DNA of 64,000 nt from a candidate division WOR-3 bacterium (GTDB taxonomy: Bacteria > Hydrothermota > Tepidihabitantia > Tepidihabitantales > Tepidihabitantaceae), in the NCBI GenBank assembly GCA_965649295.1, contig CBFGKH010000005.1, positions 123,937-187,936 of the forward strand. Direction: 5' to 3'. Positions 59,412 through 64,000 of the stretch are shown here, piece by piece (the stretch's first letter is position 1; every line of letters starts with the position of its first letter). The notes beneath the pieces were generated by a model that was given only the letters and a program-made list of their open reading frames with translations, was not told where the DNA came from and did no database searches. Position numbers and translations under genes: made by a program.

Positions 59412-61079
59412 TCAGGAAAGGCCGCTAATCCGTCCGTCCTCGGCTATGTCAATCTTCAGAGCATTAGGCCGCTTGGCCAGACCGGGCAGCAGCTCAATTT
59501 CGCCCGCGACCGGCACGAGGAACCCGGCGCCGGCGCGGATGTGAATCGTTGAGATAGCAATCTTGAAACCCGAGCACGCCCCAAGACACTCCGGGTCGTC
59601 GGAGAATGACAGCGGTGTCTTGGCCACGCAGACAGGCAACTTGTCGAACCCGAGGGCATAAATTCGCTTAAGGTCACGCTCAGCCCGTGGCGTATAGACA
59701 ACTCGATCTGCGCCATAGACCTTTTGCGCCACCGTCTCGATCTTAGTCTCGACTCGCGCCGCGTAGTCATAGAGCGGTCGATTCTGACCTGGCTTCTCCT
59801 CCACCTGCTGTCGTACGACGTTGGCAAGCTCCTCGCAGCCCTTGCTACCCTCAGCAAAACCGTTACTGATAGCGCTCGGCACGCCCAGTTCTTCGCAATA
59901 CCGGCCGACGAGCCGCAATTCATCGTCTGAGTCATCGGCGAACCGGTTCAGCGCAACCACCGGCTCAAAACCGAATAGCCGACAGTTATCAATGTGCCGT
60001 TTAAGATTGGCAAGTCCGGCCCAAAGGTGGGTGAGCGAGCCTTTACGGGCGTCGCGTGCTCCGCCCTGGTGTTTCAAAGCCCGCACTGTTGCCACCAGCA
60101 CACAACCAGCCACGTTCCAACCAGCTTTGGGCGCGACGATATCAATGAACTTCTCCGCACCCAAGTCTGACCCGAACCCGGCCTCAATGACCACATACTC
60201 GCTAAGCTTCAGAGCCATGTTCGTAGCCACAACACTGGCGGTGCCATGGGCAATATTGGCAAAGGGGCCGCAGTGAATCAGGGCTGGTGTGTTCTCAGTT
60301 GTCTGCACGATATTCGGCTTGATGGCATCCTTGAGTAGCACTGCCATCGCCCCGGTTGCACCCAGGTCATTGGCGGTTATTGGCTTGTCGTCATAACTGA
60401 GTGCAACAAGAATTCGCCCCAGCCGTTCCTTCAGCTCGGCACGTGAGGCGGCCAAACCGAGAATCGCCATCAACTCAGAAGCCGCCGTAATAACACAGGC
60501 GTCCTCTCGTGCGGGTCCGTCAGCACGACCGCCTAGGCCAACTACCATCATCCGCAGAACCCGGTCGTTCATGTCAATAGCCCGCGGGAACATGATCTCA
60601 CGGCCGTCGATCCGTAACGGATTATCGAAGTGAATCGAATTGTCGAGCATTGCCGAAAGCAGGTTATGCGCCGAAGTCACGGCATGAAAGTCACCGGTGA
60701 AGTGGAGATTGATGTCCTCCATCGGCAGAACCTGCGAATAGCCGCCGCCAGCCGCACCGCCCTTGATGCCAAAGACCGGCCCAAGCGACGGTTGCCGCAG
60801 CACGACAATTGACCGGTGGCCGAGCCGGTTGAGCGCCATAGAAAGACCAATTGATACAGTTGTCTTGCCTTCGCCATATTTTGTCGGGGTGACAGCCGTG
60901 ACGAGTATCAGCTTACCCGCTGGGCGATCGCTCAAACGCTCCAGCAACCGTAATGAGAGTTTGGCCTTGTAGGCGCCGTTCGGCAGCACCAAGTCATGGT
61001 CGGTGATCCCCAGACTATCAACAATCTCGAATATCGGCTTGAGCTTAGTCTGGCGGGCGATTTCAATGTCAGAAAGCAC
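59412..61079 (-). CDS. fhs: Formate--tetrahydrofolate ligase
   Basis: SDIEIA, GEGKTT, GIKGGAAGGGYSQV, GPFANIAHG, EAGFG.DLGAEKF; AAGGAG RBS before GTG 61079. Confidence 0.97.
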   Translation of the reverse strand: MLSDIEIARQTKLKPIFEIVDSLGITDHDLVLPNGAYKAKLSLRLLERLSDRPAGKLILVTAVTPTKYGEGKTTVSIGLSMALNRLGHRSIVVLRQPSLGPVFGIKGGAAGGGYSQVLPMEDINLHFTGDFHAVTSAHNLLSAMLDNSIHFDNPLRIDGREIMFPRAIDMNDRVLRMMVVGLGGRADGPAREDACVITAASELMAILGLAASRAELKERLGRILVALSYDDKPITANDLGATGAMAVLLKDAIKPNIVQTTENTPALIHCGPFANIAHGTASVVATNMALKLSEYVVIEAGFGSDLGAEKFIDIVAPKAGWNVAGCVLVATVRALKHQGGARDARKGSLTHLWAGLANLKRHIDNCRLFGFEPVVALNRFADDSDDELRLVGRYCEELGVPSAISNGFAEGSKGCEELANVVRQQVEEKPGQNRPLYDYAARVETKIETVAQKVYGADRVVYTPRAERDLKRIYALGFDKLPVCVAKTPLSFSDDPECLGACSGFKIAISTIHIRAGAGFLVPVAGEIELLPGLAKRPNALKIDIAEDGRISGLS

Positions 61080-61284
61080 AGCTTCTCCTTCTAGTTTGAC
61101 AGTTACGCCTTCAAGTAGACCGACAATCTGACCATCGGTCAAGTGCGGTGGGATTAGGACAAACTCCTTGACGATGCACAGTCAACCGTTACAATCGAGG
61201 CAGAGCCGACGACGGAACCGGCTCAGCGGTCTGCCTACGACAGGCCGACAGCGAAAGAGAATAGTCTAACGAGAGGAGGCACGC

Positions 61285-63081
61285 TTGAAAGCTCTGCGTC
61301 TGAGTCTATCGGCGCTGGTGGCTTTGGCCCTGGTCTTCACCGGCTGCCAATCAAAGAAGGCGAAGTGGACCATCCTTGCCTACATGGACGGCAACAACAA
61401 CCTCGACAACTCTCAGAACGGCACGTCGTTTGTAATCGGCGACGCCCAGGAAATGGAGAAAATCGGTTCGACCAAGGACGTCCAGATAATGGCGATGGTC
61501 GGTTCACTCAAGACCGGTGGCAACTGCAAGTATTACCACATCGAGAGATACGACAATGAACTGCCTGACTCCCTGCGTTCAACCGTAATTGAGAACCTCG
61601 GCGGCAAGGACATGTCGGACAAGCAGACCTTGCTCAACTTCATCCGCCGAGGCATGGAGCTCTACCCTGCCGAACGCTACATGCTCATCATTGATGACCA
61701 CGGCGGTGGCTGGCGCGGCGCTTGCGAGGACGAACAGAACGGTGCCGGCGGAATGATGTCGATGCCTGATATGCGCTGGGCGCTCGATACCTTCCACTTC
61801 GATGTTATCGTCTTCCACGCCTGTCTGATGTCAATGGTTGAAGTCGCCTATGAGTTGAAGGATAACGCTGACTACATGGTGGCCTGTCAGTTCACAATGC
61901 CAATGCAGTCAGTTCTCGGCTCAGAGAAGTGGCTGGCTCAACTAGTAGCCAATCCCGGTATGGACGGTCTGGAGATATCAAAGAAGATTGTTGACGCCGT
62001 CTATACCACCGCCAACGAGAAGCAGAAAGACTCGCACATGGCTGTCACCGATCTGTCCAAGATGAACTCGCTCGCCGCCAAGATTGCTGACCTTGGCAAC
62101 AAGCTCATCGGCGAGACCGGCAATAACTGGGGCGAGGTGCTGCGGGCATTCAACGAGACCCACTACACCCAGTACGACGACCCGGCTTTTGTTGACCTGC
62201 GTGAGTTCTGTAAGAAGGTTCTGCAGATGCCGAACCTGCAGAACATAAACCTCATCAAGAACGCGGCCCAGGCAGTTGTGGACGGGATCAATGACGCTGT
62301 ACCGATGACCATGACCAACATCCCCAGCCTGACTCGCGGCGGACTCTGCATTCACTTCCCGTTCCGTGCCGACCTCTTCGATTCAGCCAATTACGTCAAG
62401 CTCGCATTCCGCTCGACCAACTGGCACGCCTTTCTTTCTAAGTTCATTCAGTCCACCGGTGGTGGCGGTGGCGGCGGTGGTGACGGCTACATGTCAATAC
62501 GCTCCACCCCTTCTGGCGCGACGATTTGGGTGAATGGTACAAATACCAACGCTCAAACGCCAGCGGTTCTTTCTGGTCCGCCCAATACCTACACAATCCG
62601 ACTGACGCTCACCGGCTATCAGGACTGGCAGCAGGATGTCACCATCAGGGCTGGCGAGACAACTTATGTCAACGCTACTCTCACCCAGCAAGGAGGTGGT
62701 GGCCAGACGACAATCAGCGGCACAGTTACTTGGCCCGGGCATACGCTATCTAACCGCTGTATCGCAATGCTCGACACCTCACACACAAGCGCAATCATCC
62801 CGATAACAACGACCCCAGTGAACCCGGCCACTGGCCAGTACCAGTTTCAGTTCACTCAGGCCGCGGCCTTCGAAACCTATGTTGAAGCTTGGGACGACGT
62901 CAACAACAATGGCCAACTCGACGCCGGTGACGGCATCGGCTGGTGGGATGTGAACGGCAATGGCAACTGGGATGACATGTTTATGCTCAACCCCGGAACC
63001 ACAATTACTAATGCCAACATCACACTGCTAACGATGACCGACAAAGACGCGGCCTTCCTCAAACGGCGTCGGAATCATTAG
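61285..63081 (+). CDS. Clostripain (peptidase C11) lipoprotein with PEGA and Ig-like C-terminal domains
   Basis: Lipobox FTGC; WT...YM.G.NNL, DHGGGW (His), ACLM..VEV (Cys); S.P.GA.I.VNG PEGA; DxNxNG loops. Confidence 0.9.
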   Translation: MKALRLSLSALVALALVFTGCQSKKAKWTILAYMDGNNNLDNSQNGTSFVIGDAQEMEKIGSTKDVQIMAMVGSLKTGGNCKYYHIERYDNELPDSLRSTVIENLGGKDMSDKQTLLNFIRRGMELYPAERYMLIIDDHGGGWRGACEDEQNGAGGMMSMPDMRWALDTFHFDVIVFHACLMSMVEVAYELKDNADYMVACQFTMPMQSVLGSEKWLAQLVANPGMDGLEISKKIVDAVYTTANEKQKDSHMAVTDLSKMNSLAAKIADLGNKLIGETGNNWGEVLRAFNETHYTQYDDPAFVDLREFCKKVLQMPNLQNINLIKNAAQAVVDGINDAVPMTMTNIPSLTRGGLCIHFPFRADLFDSANYVKLAFRSTNWHAFLSKFIQSTGGGGGGGGDGYMSIRSTPSGATIWVNGTNTNAQTPAVLSGPPNTYTIRLTLTGYQDWQQDVTIRAGETTYVNATLTQQGGGGQTTISGTVTWPGHTLSNRCIAMLDTSHTSAIIPITTTPVNPATGQYQFQFTQAAAFETYVEAWDDVNNNGQLDAGDGIGWWDVNGNGNWDDMFMLNPGTTITNANITLLTMTDKDAAFLKRRRNH

Positions 63082-63102
63082 CCTGACAGCAGCCGATAAA
63101 GC

Positions 63103-63132
63103 TGCGGCGGCGGGCAGGTGCCCGCCGCCGCA
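63103..63132. terminator. Bidirectional hairpin between convergent genes
   Basis: TGCGGCGGCGGGCA-gg-TGCCCGCCGCCGCA. Confidence 0.75.
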
Positions 63133-63162
63133 CTGTTTGTGCAGCCCGAGGGCTGCTTTAGC

Positions 63163-64000
63163 CTAGCGCTCGACTACGAGCTTCTGGCTCGAAGTGAACC
63201 CGTCAGCATTGAGCTTGACGAGATACACTCCAGCCGAGAGCCCACGCAGGTCGAGGCTCTGCACGCCGGTCCGGCCAGCCGCAAACGTCCGCTCCATCAC
63301 CACTCGGCCAGTGACATCGCAGACGCTCAGGCTCACCAGCCCAGCCCGCGGCAAGGTGTAGCGCACCACTGCCTGACCGCCAGCCAGCGGATTCGGTGCT
63401 ATCGCTAGACTGTGGCTGACTCCAGTCACACCACTGACCGCGATGCCCTCACGCTGCGGACGAGAGGCATAGACAAGGGTGCCAGGCACATACTTCCAGA
63501 ACTGGTTCGACTTGTTACCCTTCTGGACGAAGAAGACGCGGGTCGCCGGATAGTAAACCACACCGGCTCCGGCCTTCACCTTCTTCTTCTTGCCGCCCTC
63601 ATACGCCTGCGGGATTGTATCGAGCTCGACCCAGGTGTCGCTCGTCCCAGGCAGGTACTTCCACGCCTCCTGCGTGTTGTTGCCCTTCATCGCGAACAGG
63701 TAACCGTCGTTCGTGTTGAAGGCTGCGCAGGAACCATCGCCGACCTTCTTCGACTTGCCCGACCGGCCGACAAGCGGCATCGGGTCAAGCGTCGGCGTCG
63801 TCACCCAGGCCTCATTCACGACATCATACTTGAACAAGGCGTTGTACTTGTTCTGCATGAGGTAGATAAACTGGCTGCCGTCGTAGGCAATCCAGCTACC
63901 TTTGTCGTACTTCGGCTTGTTGACGTACGGCGCCGCAGCAAGCGAGAAGAAGGTGTCGCGGAGCACGTCGTAGCGGTAGAACTCGTTTGTGCCTGAACCC
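63163..64000 (-). CDS. 3' end of a secreted protein with Kelch-like propeller and T9SS-type C-terminal domain (partial)
   Basis: GRSGKSKKV.DG, KGNNT.E.WKY, PNP...DVTGR...LSAGVY.V......KLVV; frame stays open to the window edge. Confidence 0.85.
   Translation of the reverse strand, partial: GSGTNEFYRYDVLRDTFFSLAAAPYVNKPKYDKGSWIAYDGSQFIYLMQNKYNALFKYDVVNEAWVTTPTLDPMPLVGRSGKSKKVGDGSCAAFNTNDGYLFAMKGNNTQEAWKYLPGTSDTWVELDTIPQAYEGGKKKKVKAGAGVVYYPATRVFFVQKGNKSNQFWKYVPGTLVYASRPQREGIAVSGVTGVSHSLAIAPNPLAGGQAVVRYTLPRAGLVSLSVCDVTGRVVMERTFAAGRTGVQSLDLRGLSAGVYLVKLNADGFTSSQKLVVER

Noticed and set aside
59213..59544. Small ORFs between the HDAC gene and fhs
   Set aside because: No SD or family motifs; they overlap fhs or the HDAC promoter.
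61080..61280. ZTP or THF riboswitch upstream of fhs
   Set aside because: I could not recognise the conserved motifs; the space is occupied by promoter-like boxes.
1..64000. CRISPR arrays, cas genes, IS transposases, rRNA
   Set aside because: None recognised by eye; the only repeats seen are intragenic protein repeats, terminator hairpins and the two promoter-like motifs.

Overview
A GC-rich bacterial chromosomal window. The secreted proteins with T9SS-type C-terminal domains, a C25 peptidase and a Kelch-like module suggest an FCB-related lineage such as candidate division WOR-3 (inference). Most of it is housekeeping: truD, fabD, a stand-alone variant EF-G, ispF, thrS-infC-rpmI-rplT, RNA methyltransferases, mtnA, plsX-rpmF, mreBCD-mrdA-rodA-rlmN, a B12-dependent acyl-CoA mutase operon with isobutyryl-CoA-mutase signatures, tRNA-Pro(GGG), a polysaccharide cluster, fhs and a clostripain lipoprotein. 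The stand-out is a ~2.3 kb module at 18959-21268: four paralogous small helical proteins plus an ECF sigma factor. By eye, the paralogs align with the SIRV2-type major capsid protein fold of archaeal filamentous viruses (realm Adnaviria), which coats dsDNA in A-form. Both transcription units are preceded by the same bipartite promoter-like motif, TTGCCnGG-N12-GAGCGTATGTAnnGTGAG. No other viral genes are visible, suggesting a cellular, sigma-controlled DNA-coating or protection system. This is a hypothesis from manual alignment to a remembered sequence and needs profile or structure confirmation. All family calls are by motif recognition without database searches.
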